NCBI GenBank assembly: GCA_016875335.1
Contig: VGRO01000001.1
Coordinates: 51,724-115,723 of the forward strand
Origin: Deltaproteobacteria bacterium
Lineage (GTDB): Bacteria > Myxococcota_A > UBA9042
Length of the DNA stretch: 64,000 nt
Direction: 5' to 3'
In this document: in pieces, positions 9,578-19,321 of the stretch
Layout: the number at the start of each line of letters is the position of its first letter
How positions within the stretch are numbered: position 1 is the first letter of the stretch
Program-made: the position numbers and the translations under genes
The notes under the pieces: model-generated
Told to the model about the DNA's origin: nothing
Databases searched by the model: none
What the model saw: the letters and a program-made list of their open reading frames with translations, nothing else

Positions 9578-10137
9578 GCCGCGCCCCCGGGTCCGTCGCC
9601 GATTGCCTGCGCTCGCGAACAGGTCTCTTGCGCTGCGGCCTCGACCGCCTCGAGAATCTTGGTGTAGCCCGTACACCGGCACAGGTTTCCGCCGAGCGCA
9701 GCCGCGATGTCGGCCCGGCGGATGACCGGCGCATCCGCACGGCCCAATTCGTCGAGGTAGTGGGCCGACGACATCAGCATCCCAGGCGTGCAGAAACCAC
9801 ACTGCGCCGCTCCGCGCTCGGCGAAAAGCCGTTGCAGCGGATGAGGTTCGCCACCGACGCCCAAGCCTTCGACGGTCTCGACGTGGCGACCCTCGGCGGC
9901 GACGGCCAGCGTGAGGCACGCAAGGGTCGGCAGGCCGTCGACCAGCACCGTGCATGCGCCGCAGTCGCCCTTGTCGCACCCCTGCTTGCTGCCGACCAAG
10001 CCGAGCTGGTAGCGCAAGAGTTCCAATAGCGTCCAATGGGTGGGCGCGGCCACGGCGTGAGCTTGGCCATTGACGTGCAGTCGCACGACGGCAATGCGGC
10101 GGGCCTGCGCGGGGTCGAGGGGTTCGGCGATCGGCAC
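9574..10137 (-). CDS. hcrC: 2x[2Fe-2S] small subunit (HcrC/CoxS-like)
   Basis: GCDKGDCGACTVLVDG, QCGFCTPG, GNLCRCTGY. Confidence 0.85.
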   Translation of the reverse strand: MPIAEPLDPAQARRIAVVRLHVNGQAHAVAAPTHWTLLELLRYQLGLVGSKQGCDKGDCGACTVLVDGLPTLACLTLAVAAEGRHVETVEGLGVGGEPHPLQRLFAERGAAQCGFCTPGMLMSSAHYLDELGRADAPVIRRADIAAALGGNLCRCTGYTKILEAVEAAAQETCSRAQAIGDGPGGAA

Positions 10138-10147
10138 GGCTGCGAAC

Positions 10148-10657
10148 CTACTTGGCCTTTGCGGGCGGTTTGGCGCCCTTCTTGCCCTTGGCCGGCGCTT
10201 GGGTGGGGGGCAACAACGCTGGGCGTTCGCCAAACTCGAAGCGCAGTTGCACGGCGCCGACCGAGATCTCGATGTGCTGCAAGATGCGGAACGGTTTGCC
10301 CTTCTTGAGGGCCGCCCCAGCGGCAAGGGTGCCGGTCCTGCTGCCGAGGTCCTCGACCGTCACCGTACCGGCGTCATGGCGCACTTTGCAGTGGACCTCG
10401 GACACCGACCTGTCTTGCAGCCGCACGTCTGCCGTAGCGGCGCTGCCGACGACAATCTCGGGCTTGTCGAGCGACCAGGTCTGCTTGCCGTCGCTGGTCG
10501 CCAGTTTGCCCCACACCGGGCCCTTCGCGGCTGGGGCGGGGTCGGCAAGGGCGGTGGTCGCGCCCGCGACGCAGCCGAGGGCCACAGCGGTCAGCACGCG
10601 CAGCAAACGGGTCGGGTCGCGAAGCACTGCGGTCAGGATGCGAAGCAAGGGCACCAT
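10148..10657 (-). CDS. FHA-domain protein with signal-peptide-like N-terminus
   Basis: IVVGS..ADVRLQDRSVSEVHC..VEDLGSRTGT FHA pattern; hydrophobic leader ending ALA-D. Confidence 0.7.
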   Translation of the reverse strand: MVPLLRILTAVLRDPTRLLRVLTAVALGCVAGATTALADPAPAAKGPVWGKLATSDGKQTWSLDKPEIVVGSAATADVRLQDRSVSEVHCKVRHDAGTVTVEDLGSRTGTLAAGAALKKGKPFRILQHIEISVGAVQLRFEFGERPALLPPTQAPAKGKKGAKPPAKAK

Positions 10658-10745
10658 GCAGGACTCCCACCCGCCACGTGGTGCGGGCGCGCAACGATGC
10701 GCCATGCCGGCCGCAAGCGTCAAGGCAGAATCGGCGCAATCGCGG

Positions 10746-13127
10746 TCACGCGGTCTCTTGCGCCGCGGGAACCGGCAGAAGACCAGCGAGCGCGGTCAAC
10801 GCGTAGACCGCGGCGCCGGCCAAGAAGGTCGCGGCGAACCCAAAGCTCATGCAGCACAGCGCCGCTGCGCACGACCCGACGACCGAGGCAAAGCCGTTCA
10901 GGCCCCACGCCCATGGAACCAGCCGCGGCGCCGTGGCGGCCAGGCGCGACATGCCCAGCGGCATCAGCATCCCGAGCACGAAGCCGATGACGCCGACCAG
11001 CACCAAGGTGACGGCGACCTTGACGGCGAACTCAGCCTCTTGGCTGGCCTCGAGCACCCAGCCATGCAGCGCGTTCGACACCAAGAGCACAACCACCGCC
11101 ACGGCTGCGGCCACCGCCACGGTCTTGGGCCGTGCACCGACGTCGCCACGGGTGAAGCGGGCGGCGAAGAACGAACCAAGGCCGGCACCGACCAGCAAGC
11201 CTGCGAGCACGGCCGTCAGGGCGTGGGTCGGGTGACCGAGGTACAGGACAAAGCGCTGCATCATGCTGACCTCGACCAGCATGAAGCCAATGCCCAGCCC
11301 CAAGTAATACGGCATCGCCCGCAGCGCCGCGCCGGGGTTTGCGCCCAACGCCGCCCGGCCGCCGCGCCACAAGGGCAAAAGCAAACACGCAGAACCGAGC
11401 ACGATAGCCAGGATCAGCATCTCCAAGAGCATGAACTCACCATTGAGCATCAGCACGGTCGGGTGCTTGATCAAGGTGCCCAAGGTGTCGTGGTGTGGCC
11501 GGTAGAAGAAGAACGGCCAGTCGTCGGTCGACGGCCGCAGTTCGTAGTGTTGGTCGCGGCTCGCGTTGGCGACGGGGTCGTCGGCGCGCGCGATCTCGGC
11601 GTAGCGGGTCGGCGTGGGCCGCCGCGGGTCGTGCAACCAGTCGAAGCCAGCCTTCTGGGCTTGGTCGCGCAGCGCCTGCACCGCCGTTTCGTCGAATGGC
11701 GAGCGCCGAAAAAGCACGTTGGCCGCGCGCGCCGACTCGGAACCGGTGTGGTGACTGCTCAAGATCGCGATGTGCGCCGCCGGGTTGGCGATGCCGAGGT
11801 TCTTGGCGGCCGCGTGCATCATCGTCAACAGGCGCACCACCTCGTCGCCCTCCCAGCGGATCATCATCAGCACGCCGTCAGGGGTCAGGTGGCCTACGTA
11901 CTCCTCGATGGCTTGTCGGGTGTAGAGGTTGTTTTCCGACGCGGCGAACGCCCCTGCGGCTGTGGCTGCCCACGTATCGACCAGCGACAACTGGATGGTG
12001 TCGTAGCGGTCTTTGCTGCGGCGCACAAATGTACGGCCGTCTTGCACGTGCACCGTCAGGTCGGGGCGCTCGTACAACCGGCCGCTGTACTCGGCGAACT
12101 GGCCGCGCATCACGGCGTTGGCGATGAGCGGGTTGATCTCGACGGCATCGACGCGCTGCATGCCGTGCATGAACGCCGTCAAGATGTCGCGGCCACCGCC
12201 AGCGCCGATGACCAGGCCCCGGCCCTTGGGTGCGCCGTGGTAGCCGACGGCCGTCAGCTCGTAGCGCAGGAATTCGTGGCCTTCGGGTCCCGACTTGGGC
12301 ATCACTGGCGTCGCCGCCGAGGCGTCGATGTCCATCATGTGGCCGGTGACCACCGGCCCCTTGTAGTTGGGCCCGAGCGCCCACGGACCCATCGGCTGTT
12401 CGTACACGGCGATGCGGCTCAGCGCGTTCCAGCCTTCGAACAGCACGACGTCGCCGATGCGCCCCTTGGGCTTCTTGAGGTGCAATGTCCCCGCCGCAAG
12501 GTCCAGGCCGACGAGCGCGAGGCACGCCGCCACCACACCCAGGGTAGCGAGCCTCTCGCGCTTGTGCATGGCCGGGTAGGCCAAGAAAAGGCACACTGGA
12601 CCGCATAAGGCCGACGCGACCACCGCAGCCGGGCCGCCCAGCGACACCAGCAGCGGCACCACCAGCAGCCCCGCCACGCCCGCCGCCGCCAGATCCGCCG
12701 CGTACAGCCGCGCGAACTGCGCGCGATGGTGGGTGAAAAGCAACGTCAGCACCAAGCCGCCGAAATAGAACGGCACCACGCCCACCGCGTACACGCACGC
12801 CAGGATCAGCAACCGCTTCCACGAGAAGTCGAGCGACACGCCGTAGCGAACCAACAGCATCAGCGCACCCACGGTGGTTGCCGCGAACAGCAGTCCGCTG
12901 CGCTGGATGTCGCCATCGGCCCGCTCGGCCGTAAATCGCCCCGGCGCCAGCGACACCCGCACCCCCGCGGCCGCAAGCCCCAACATGCCGATGGAAATCG
13001 CCGCGAACGCGAAGTGGTGGTAGAGCGTGACCGAAAACAGCCGGGTCAGCAGTACCTCGAGCAGAAAAATCGACGCGGCGATGCCGGCCACCGCAAGCGC
13101 GGGTCGACGGGGTGCGGTGGAATCCAT
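10746..13127 (-). CDS. Membrane-embedded spermidine-synthase-like SAM-dependent transferase
   Basis: LLEVLLTR, LYAADL, LVIGAGGGRD, VEINP, DGRTFV, YDTIQLSLVDT, TDDWPFF, WAWGLNG. Confidence 0.88.
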   Translation of the reverse strand: MDSTAPRRPALAVAGIAASIFLLEVLLTRLFSVTLYHHFAFAAISIGMLGLAAAGVRVSLAPGRFTAERADGDIQRSGLLFAATTVGALMLLVRYGVSLDFSWKRLLILACVYAVGVVPFYFGGLVLTLLFTHHRAQFARLYAADLAAAGVAGLLVVPLLVSLGGPAAVVASALCGPVCLFLAYPAMHKRERLATLGVVAACLALVGLDLAAGTLHLKKPKGRIGDVVLFEGWNALSRIAVYEQPMGPWALGPNYKGPVVTGHMMDIDASAATPVMPKSGPEGHEFLRYELTAVGYHGAPKGRGLVIGAGGGRDILTAFMHGMQRVDAVEINPLIANAVMRGQFAEYSGRLYERPDLTVHVQDGRTFVRRSKDRYDTIQLSLVDTWAATAAGAFAASENNLYTRQAIEEYVGHLTPDGVLMMIRWEGDEVVRLLTMMHAAAKNLGIANPAAHIAILSSHHTGSESARAANVLFRRSPFDETAVQALRDQAQKAGFDWLHDPRRPTPTRYAEIARADDPVANASRDQHYELRPSTDDWPFFFYRPHHDTLGTLIKHPTVLMLNGEFMLLEMLILAIVLGSACLLLPLWRGGRAALGANPGAALRAMPYYLGLGIGFMLVEVSMMQRFVLYLGHPTHALTAVLAGLLVGAGLGSFFAARFTRGDVGARPKTVAVAAAVAVVVLLVSNALHGWVLEASQEAEFAVKVAVTLVLVGVIGFVLGMLMPLGMSRLAATAPRLVPWAWGLNGFASVVGSCAAALCCMSFGFAATFLAGAAVYALTALAGLLPVPAAQETA

Positions 13128-13228
13128 CGGTTGGTGACCTTGGCGGCGGCGCGTCAGAGCGGCGGGTTGCGAAGGGTAGGGGCATCCGCGGTGGTTGTCG
13201 AGGACGGGCAGGGTCGGGGTCAGGACGG

Positions 13229-13510
13229 CCCCCCCCATTGTTCAACTACATAAAACAACAACAGAACCGAGTCATGGCCGGTTGCCCCGCCCGCGCAACC
13301 GAGAAAGCGCCACCAATTCAAGGATCTGAACAATGGGGGGGTCTGGAAGAACATCCAAATTCAACAACTTGCGTCAAACGGTGATCCCAGCCGTGGGGCC
13401 GCGCTGCGACTGCGCGTCCCGGTCGGCGAGCAAGCCTGTGGAGGCTGAGCAATGCGAACGTTGAAGACCGAGGTCCACCTTAGATTTCAACGGCCTGAAC
13501 AATGGGGGGG
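13229..13510. repeat. Dispersed repeat, 3 copies (13229-13251 minus; 13320-13341 and 13489-13510 plus)
   Basis: C8-ATTGTTCAACTACAT; AAGGATCTGAACAAT-G7; AACGGCCTGAACAAT-G7. Confidence 0.93.
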
Positions 13511-13525
13511 ATCGGCCTGTGCGGC

Positions 13526-14746
13526 CTATTCGGTCTCGGCGGCCTTGGGCTTGTCCTCTTTGGCGCGGTCGAGTTCCTTGCGGGCGTCGCTCGCCTTGCC
13601 TTCCAAGTACCAGGTCTTCTGCATGGCCTTGAGCACGACCACCGCCTCGCGCAGCGTTGCCGTGAGTTCTTTGGTGATGTGGGGGATTTCCGGGGCGATG
13701 CGGCCGGTTTGTTCGGCCAGCGTGGCGACGTTGTCCAGGATGCGTGCAAGCTTCTTTTCGTCGGTCAGGCGCTCCATGGCGCCGATGAGCCGTTCGACTT
13801 TTCCGTCGGCCAGCAGCCTGTCTGCGTTGGTCAGCACCGAAGTGGCCGGGCCTTTCTCGCCAAGCAGCGCATCCAACCGGCCGACCAGCGCCTCGCTGCG
13901 GTCGATGAGGCGATTGATCTTCTGCGGATCCAGCACTTCGGCCGCGCCGCGCACGAACTTGCGGGCGGCAGGATCTGCGAGTAGCTGCTCGGCCGCGACC
14001 ACGGTCCGTCGCAGCGCGGGATCGGCGAGCAGGCGGTGCGCGGCAGCTAGCGTCTCGCGCAGCGCCGAATCGTGCAACAGGTCGTCCAGCCCCTGCAGCG
14101 CACCCGGCAGCGCCGGGTGCTTGACCAGCGCAGTGATCGGCGTGCCGACGTCGCCCAACAGCTTGTCCAGCTTGTCCAGCAGGGGCCCCAGCCGGTCGAA
14201 GGCCGCCACCAAGCGATCAAGGCGGTCGTTCTCCTCCAACTTCTGCATCAACTTTTCGACCGCCGAGATCGCCCGGTTGGCTGTCTTGAGGTAGGTGCCG
14301 AAGTCCAAATCGGCTACGGCGTCCAGAATGTCGACGGGTTCGTGAACGGGCAGCCACGCGCCATCGGCCAAAGGCTTGCTGGCCGCCGATGGCGGCGTGG
14401 TCAAGTGGATGCGCTTTTCGCCGATGCCGAGCAGGCGACGCACCACGGCCTTGCTGCCCGGCCGCACTCGATGGGCGTGGCCGGCCAGGAGCACCAGCTC
14501 GACCGTGACCTTGCCGTCGTCGGTGATGCGCAGTTCGCCGATTTCACCGACCTCGACGCCGCTCAGCAGCACCGGCGATCCAGTGCGCAGCCCGTCGCCG
14601 CGCTCGACCTGGGCGAAGTACCGCACGCGCGCCGCCAGCCAGCGGTTGTGGACTGCGGCACCCACGAAAAACGCGACGACCAGCGCCACCGTGCCCAGCA
14701 GGAACAGCCCGGCAATGCGCTCGCGGGTGGTCAAGAAGATCTTCAC
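13526..14746 (-). CDS. mlaD: MCE/MlaD-family protein with long helical C-terminus
   Basis: N-terminal TM, GLRTGSPVLLSGVEVGEI, LLGIGEKRIHL. Confidence 0.85.
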   Translation of the reverse strand: MKIFLTTRERIAGLFLLGTVALVVAFFVGAAVHNRWLAARVRYFAQVERGDGLRTGSPVLLSGVEVGEIGELRITDDGKVTVELVLLAGHAHRVRPGSKAVVRRLLGIGEKRIHLTTPPSAASKPLADGAWLPVHEPVDILDAVADLDFGTYLKTANRAISAVEKLMQKLEENDRLDRLVAAFDRLGPLLDKLDKLLGDVGTPITALVKHPALPGALQGLDDLLHDSALRETLAAAHRLLADPALRRTVVAAEQLLADPAARKFVRGAAEVLDPQKINRLIDRSEALVGRLDALLGEKGPATSVLTNADRLLADGKVERLIGAMERLTDEKKLARILDNVATLAEQTGRIAPEIPHITKELTATLREAVVVLKAMQKTWYLEGKASDARKELDRAKEDKPKAAETE

Positions 14747-15438
14747 GCCGTACCGCCGGACGCTTCTGCAACGCAACCGTAGACGTGCGCACCCACTTCG
14801 CACAGAACGGCCGTCAGGGCGCCATTGGGCCGTGAAAGGCACGCGGCCAGCGCACATTCGCCGGCCGAAGCGCGGCCCACCAGACTGCGCCAGGTCGCCG
14901 ACAGCCCGGACGACGCCTCGAAATCGCCGACGCCCTCGACGACGAGCCAGGTCGGCCCGAGCGCCACGGCCCGGGCCGCGCATGTTCGGAAGCGCGTTGT
15001 GCCGTCGACCTCGTGCGGGCGCAGGGCCGCTACGCGCTCGAGTTGGAATTCGGCCAGCAAGGCCTGCACGCGGGCCGCCTCTGCCCTGGCGTCGAGTTTG
15101 CCGTGGGTCGCAATCGGCAGCGCGATGTTGTCGCGAAGCGTGCGGTTGGACAACAGCCCGCCGCGGCCCTGCACGAGCCCGATGCGGTGGCGAGTGCGCA
15201 ATAGGTCGACGTAACCGCGGGCGGCCACCGCTTCACCAAAAAGTGCCAGGGTACCGGCAAGCGGGAAGGCGACCGTGGCCAGCACGCGGGCAATCGCAGC
15301 GGCGAATTCACCTTCGGCCGCGCCGCCCTGCGGCTCGAAAACTGCGATGTCGCCCGCCATGAAGTCGAACGGCGGCGCCCTCAGGCGCAGGCCGCCCGCC
15401 TCGCAGACCAACCCATCGACGGCTGCGGCGATGCTCAC
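14743..15438 (-). CDS. Degenerate MlaF-like ABC ATP-binding protein
   Basis: IGLVQGRGGLLSNRTLRDNIALP is MlaF-like, but Walker A, LSGG and Walker B are not recognisable. Confidence 0.65.
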   Translation of the reverse strand: MSIAAAVDGLVCEAGGLRLRAPPFDFMAGDIAVFEPQGGAAEGEFAAAIARVLATVAFPLAGTLALFGEAVAARGYVDLLRTRHRIGLVQGRGGLLSNRTLRDNIALPIATHGKLDARAEAARVQALLAEFQLERVAALRPHEVDGTTRFRTCAARAVALGPTWLVVEGVGDFEASSGLSATWRSLVGRASAGECALAACLSRPNGALTAVLCEVGAHVYGCVAEASGGTA

Positions 15439-16265
15439 AGCACCCCCATGAAGATCGACGAACCCGTGCCGGTCAGGAATACCGCGACCGTCACCGCGCC
15501 GTGCAGACCGACCAGATACACCAAGGCGTGCAGCGCCGCTTTGGACACCGCGACGGGCACTTCGGTGGGTGACGTGCCGACGTCCATGCCCTGGTAGCAC
15601 GCGATCAGGAATACGCCCAGACCGCCCAGCACGATCTTGGTCAGGAACGCCGCGAGGTCCACCGGCGACGTCGCCGAGAACACCGCCCCGAGGAACACCG
15701 CCGCGGGCAGGCTGACCAGCAGTTGCGCGATCGCGAAGCCACCGACCAGTGCCGCGGCGCTGAATACTACGCTCAACCCGAAAAGCGACAAGAGACCGCC
15801 CAGCAGCCGCGGGGCGACCAACTGGCGCATGGGCGGGATGCCCATCACCTCCAAAGCCTCGATTTCGCGCTGGACGCGCATCGACCCTATCTCGGCCGCA
15901 ATCGCCGTCACCGAGCGCACGATGACGATGATGCCGGTCAAGAGCGGGGCGACTTCGCGCAGGACGACCACTGTGATCGTGCGCCCGAGGCTGTCGGCGC
16001 CGGACAACGCGCCCAGACCGCTCACGCCCTCGACGATGGCGAACAGGCCCACGACAAGCGCCAGCGTGACCACGGGCCCGATGGCCTGCACGGCGGTGAA
16101 ATAGACCTGCAGCGCGACTTGCCGCCAGAAGTCGCGCTGACCGAGATCCCGGCAGATCCACGGGGTCTTGATCGACAAGTACAAGAACGCAAGCAAGAAC
16201 CAAGCGTAGCGCACCAGCCCGATCGCCGCAGCGCCGACCTCGTCCAGCCAACTCAGACGCGCCAC
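15435..16265 (-). CDS. mlaE: MlaE-family ABC permease
   Basis: QVYFTAVQA, LREVAPLLTG, AAEIGSMRVQREIEALEVMGI, VAPRL. Confidence 0.92.
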   Translation of the reverse strand: MARLSWLDEVGAAAIGLVRYAWFLLAFLYLSIKTPWICRDLGQRDFWRQVALQVYFTAVQAIGPVVTLALVVGLFAIVEGVSGLGALSGADSLGRTITVVVLREVAPLLTGIIVIVRSVTAIAAEIGSMRVQREIEALEVMGIPPMRQLVAPRLLGGLLSLFGLSVVFSAAALVGGFAIAQLLVSLPAAVFLGAVFSATSPVDLAAFLTKIVLGGLGVFLIACYQGMDVGTSPTEVPVAVSKAALHALVYLVGLHGAVTVAVFLTGTGSSIFMGVL

Positions 16266-16816
16266 GCGCCACCGCTGCCCCGGTCCAGGTCGTCGAGATA
16301 CTCGCCTGCGACGCCCGCCGCGCGGGCTTGGTCGCGATCGATGCGCACCACCCGCACCAGTGGCCCCACGACGGCCACGGCCACCAGGCCGCCCAGCACC
16401 AGCGCAAGGCCGCCCAGCAGTTGTGCAGCCGCACTGCCGCCGCGCGCCGAGCAACCGGACACCATCGCGACGAGCCCGAGGACGAATGCGCCCCACGCCG
16501 CGAGGAGGCGGTTGGTGCGGGCGTCGGCGTGCTCCCGGCACAGGCCGACTTCGATGCGGGTGCGCCGTCGGACCAGAAGCGCCACCACGATGTAGGGGAT
16601 CGGCCCGAGCAGCAGGACCAAGTACCAGCCTGCGGCGTGCCAATACAACTCGCGACGGTACCGGCGCGTCACTGGGCCATTGCAGCGCAGGCACCGATCC
16701 GGCCACTGTGCGCCGAGCCGCCAGACCAGGTGGTCGCCGTCGCGCCAGACGCCGGTCGGGTCGAACACGCCCAAGCGCGAATCGACAGCGGGTGGGGCAT
16801 AAGGATTGGCGGTCAT
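16253..16816 (-). CDS. Hypothetical membrane protein
   Basis: NPYAPP N-terminus, CLRC and LC..H residues, 3 TMs; overlaps the mlaE start. Confidence 0.7.
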   Translation of the reverse strand: MTANPYAPPAVDSRLGVFDPTGVWRDGDHLVWRLGAQWPDRCLRCNGPVTRRYRRELYWHAAGWYLVLLLGPIPYIVVALLVRRRTRIEVGLCREHADARTNRLLAAWGAFVLGLVAMVSGCSARGGSAAAQLLGGLALVLGGLVAVAVVGPLVRVVRIDRDQARAAGVAGEYLDDLDRGSGGAWRV

Positions 16817-16964
16817 CGGCACACGCTCGGGCCCGTCGGCCGATCGGCATGATGCCGCAACTTCTCGGCGCCGCACAGGGCCGGCTCCGCTGACAGCCAC
16901 CCGGCAATCGGCGTATCGTTGCCGCCGCGCACCCGGGATGCCGGGCAGTCCTGGAGTCCCCGCC

Positions 16965-17666
16965 ATGGCCAACGATCAGCACCCTGTGCCCCCTTCGCCG
17001 GCCTTTGAGGGTACGCCGCTTTCGCGCGCCGAGTACATCGCGGCAATGGTTCACTTCTACCGCGGCGAGATCTACCGCGCGACCCAATGGCGGCTGCGGC
17101 TGGACAACACCACCAACTGGGCAATCCTGTCGTGCACCGGCCTGGCCACGTTCACGCTGGGCGACCGCGCACACTCCCACGCGGCCATCTTGCTCGGCAT
17201 GGGCCTGCTGCACACATTCATGGTCATCGAGGCGCGGCGATTTCGGTTCTTCGACGTGTGGCAGCAGCGCGTGCGGCTCATCGAGACCAACTTCTACGGC
17301 CCGTTGGTACGCCGGGACCTGCAGAGCCCGACCGCGGACTGGGGTCAGCAAATCGCCGACGACCTGCTGCGCCCCACCTTCAAGATGAGCACGCGACAGG
17401 CTGTCCGCGCCCGGCTGACCCGCAACTACGGCGCCCTTTTCGCGCTGCTGATGGCCACTTGGCTGTGCAAGCTGGCGCTGCACCCCGGCGCTCTCGCCGA
17501 CCAACCGTTGTACGCGCGCATGGCCGTCGGCGACCTGCCGTGGTGGGTGCCTGCGGCGCTGGTGACCGGCCAGTGGTTGTACCTGGGCGGCCTGTGGCTA
17601 GGAGTGCGTGGCATCGCTCCCGCCGAAGCCGACTACCGCGAGCGGCCCGACCTTGGCACCTTGTGA
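16965..17666 (+). CDS. DUF2270-family membrane protein
   Basis: HFYRGEI.R...WRLRLDNTTNWA, IEARRFRFFDVW, RL.RNY. Confidence 0.9.
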   Translation: MANDQHPVPPSPAFEGTPLSRAEYIAAMVHFYRGEIYRATQWRLRLDNTTNWAILSCTGLATFTLGDRAHSHAAILLGMGLLHTFMVIEARRFRFFDVWQQRVRLIETNFYGPLVRRDLQSPTADWGQQIADDLLRPTFKMSTRQAVRARLTRNYGALFALLMATWLCKLALHPGALADQPLYARMAVGDLPWWVPAALVTGQWLYLGGLWLGVRGIAPAEADYRERPDLGTL

Positions 17667-17697
17667 CCGCAGAGACAGTCGATTGTTGTGCAGAATC

Positions 17698-17993
17698 ATG
17701 GATCTGAATAATGGGGGGGGGGGGGACCCCAAAACCCCCGGAACCCACGCGCCGCAGGCGGCAGCGCGCCCGCGCAGACCGCCTCACGCGGACCGCCGGA
17801 TGGCAGCCTTGCTGGATCGCGCATTGAAGATTGTTGTTCAGGATCATGGATCTGAACAATGGGGGGGTCGGTTCTGGTCGGTTCTGGCCCCGCATCCGGC
17901 CGCGCCCGGAAGGCGCTCCACAGCAGGCGCACTTCGATCGGCCACCTGCCCAATTGTTGCGCGAAATCATGGATCTGAACAATGGGGGGGGGG
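17698..17993 (+). repeat. Dispersed repeat, 3 direct copies (17698-17725, 17846-17867, 17969-17993)
   Basis: ATGGATCTGAAYAAT plus G13, G7, G10; each preceded by ATTGTTG; between convergent genes. Confidence 0.96.
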
Positions 17994-18014
17994 CGATCAC
18001 CAGAGGGGTCGGGA

Positions 18015-18449
18015 TCACCGGACGCAGCGCAAGCGGTGGAGCGCCGACTTGGCTGTGACCGCCGAATTGCCAGGGCCGAAGTGCACCGACCACGCGCTTG
18101 CCGCGGTCAATGCCGGTGTCACCGTCCAAAAGCTCTCGGCGGTCGTAGGGCCGAATACCGCGGTATCGATGGCCGGGTCCTTCGCTGCACGGTCCACAAG
18201 GCCTTCCAACTCAACCAGCGTCGGCACCCGCCAGCCGCCGCCCGCGAGCGCCAACTGCTTGCACCAATCTTGCGCTCCAGACCAACTGAAAGTGCCGACC
18301 GCTTGGGCCCGTTGCCAGGTGCGGCCAGTGGCGTGATCCAGGACGGTCTCGGTCTTGGCGTCCACGGCGAAGCGGCCGGGCGTCGATGCGGCGAAGGCAT
18401 GGGTCGCCCCCAGCACGACGCACGCACTGGCGACCACCACCCGGTTCAT
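18015..18449 (-). CDS. Secreted DUF1566 (Lcl C-terminal) protein
   Basis: TVLDHATGRTWQ, WRVPTLVEL, FWT, RCVR C-terminus. Confidence 0.9.
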   Translation of the reverse strand: MNRVVVASACVVLGATHAFAASTPGRFAVDAKTETVLDHATGRTWQRAQAVGTFSWSGAQDWCKQLALAGGGWRVPTLVELEGLVDRAAKDPAIDTAVFGPTTAESFWTVTPALTAASAWSVHFGPGNSAVTAKSALHRLRCVR

Positions 18450-19321
18450 CGCACGCACCTCGCGTAGCACTTGGCTGTCGTGGGCGCGAACGCAGTGGTG
18501 CCGCCATTGAAAAGCACAGTCCAATGGCTGGCCTGAGCTGCCGCCGCGACCGGCGAGGCGGTCCACAGGAACTCCTTGGGCGTGTTGGCCAGGGCCGTCA
18601 CCACCGTCGGCGCGGGGGCGGTCACGTCACGAATCGTCAGCAGTTCTGCTAGGGTTGGCAGGCGCCAGTCGTCGTGGCCGCCCGCCGACAGTCCAGCGCA
18701 GTATCCGTTGGCCGCGTCCCAGGCGATCGGCACCGGGCTGGCGTCCTTGGCCCACGTGCGGCCGCTGTGTCCGTCGCTGACCGTGCCCTTGCCGGTGTCG
18801 GTGAACCAAGAAGGGGGAGGTGCATCCGGGCGCGGCCCCCACAACGGAAAGTCCGCGGCACAGACGCTGCCTGTAGCCGTCGCGACCGACACGAAGCCGG
18901 CCGTACAGGTCGTGCAGTTGCCGGGCAGCGCGGCCGGATCGGCACACGGGGTTGCATCCATCGCCACGAACGGCACAATGTCGGTGTCTGCATCCACTGC
19001 CGATCCGGCTTCGGGTCCCCAATCCGCAGTGCCGCTGCCGTCCACCAGGTCCGGGACCGGCGCGACGTCTGCGATCTCGCTTGCAGGCACCGCGTCTTGC
19101 GCTACATCGGGCGTGGCCAGCGTGTCGAGCGCGCTTCCCGGGTCTGGTCCGTCTGCGGAAGCGTCGGCCACGCCGGCACCCTTGCCCGTGTCGGGAGCGG
19201 TTTCGGCAAGCGCAGCGTCGGCCGGGGGCGTGTCCTTGGGATCGAAAGCCGCAGAGTCCGGCAGTCGCTGGGGCGCGCAAGCCAAACTGGAGCAAAGCGC
19301 GATGGCGGCGATGACCTTCAC
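18446..19321 (-). CDS. DUF1566-domain lipoprotein with Asp/Ala/Pro-rich linker
   Basis: SLAC lipobox, DTGKGTVSD, DDWRLPTLAEL, RCVR. Confidence 0.9.
   Translation of the reverse strand: MKVIAAIALCSSLACAPQRLPDSAAFDPKDTPPADAALAETAPDTGKGAGVADASADGPDPGSALDTLATPDVAQDAVPASEIADVAPVPDLVDGSGTADWGPEAGSAVDADTDIVPFVAMDATPCADPAALPGNCTTCTAGFVSVATATGSVCAADFPLWGPRPDAPPPSWFTDTGKGTVSDGHSGRTWAKDASPVPIAWDAANGYCAGLSAGGHDDWRLPTLAELLTIRDVTAPAPTVVTALANTPKEFLWTASPVAAAAQASHWTVLFNGGTTAFAPTTAKCYARCVR

Noticed and set aside
17698-17993. CRISPR array interpretation of the repeat clusters
   Set aside because: Only 1-5 copies per cluster, unit lengths 43-169 nt, mixed orientation, variable G-run and no cas genes
17380-18336. 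Small ORFs containing MDLNNGG, HGSEQWGG or PPLFRS peptides
   Set aside because: These are translations of the DNA repeat in different frames, with no independent coding evidence
18015-18600. Diversity-generating retroelement targeting DUF1566
   Set aside because: No reverse transcriptase and no template repeat differing at adenines in the window
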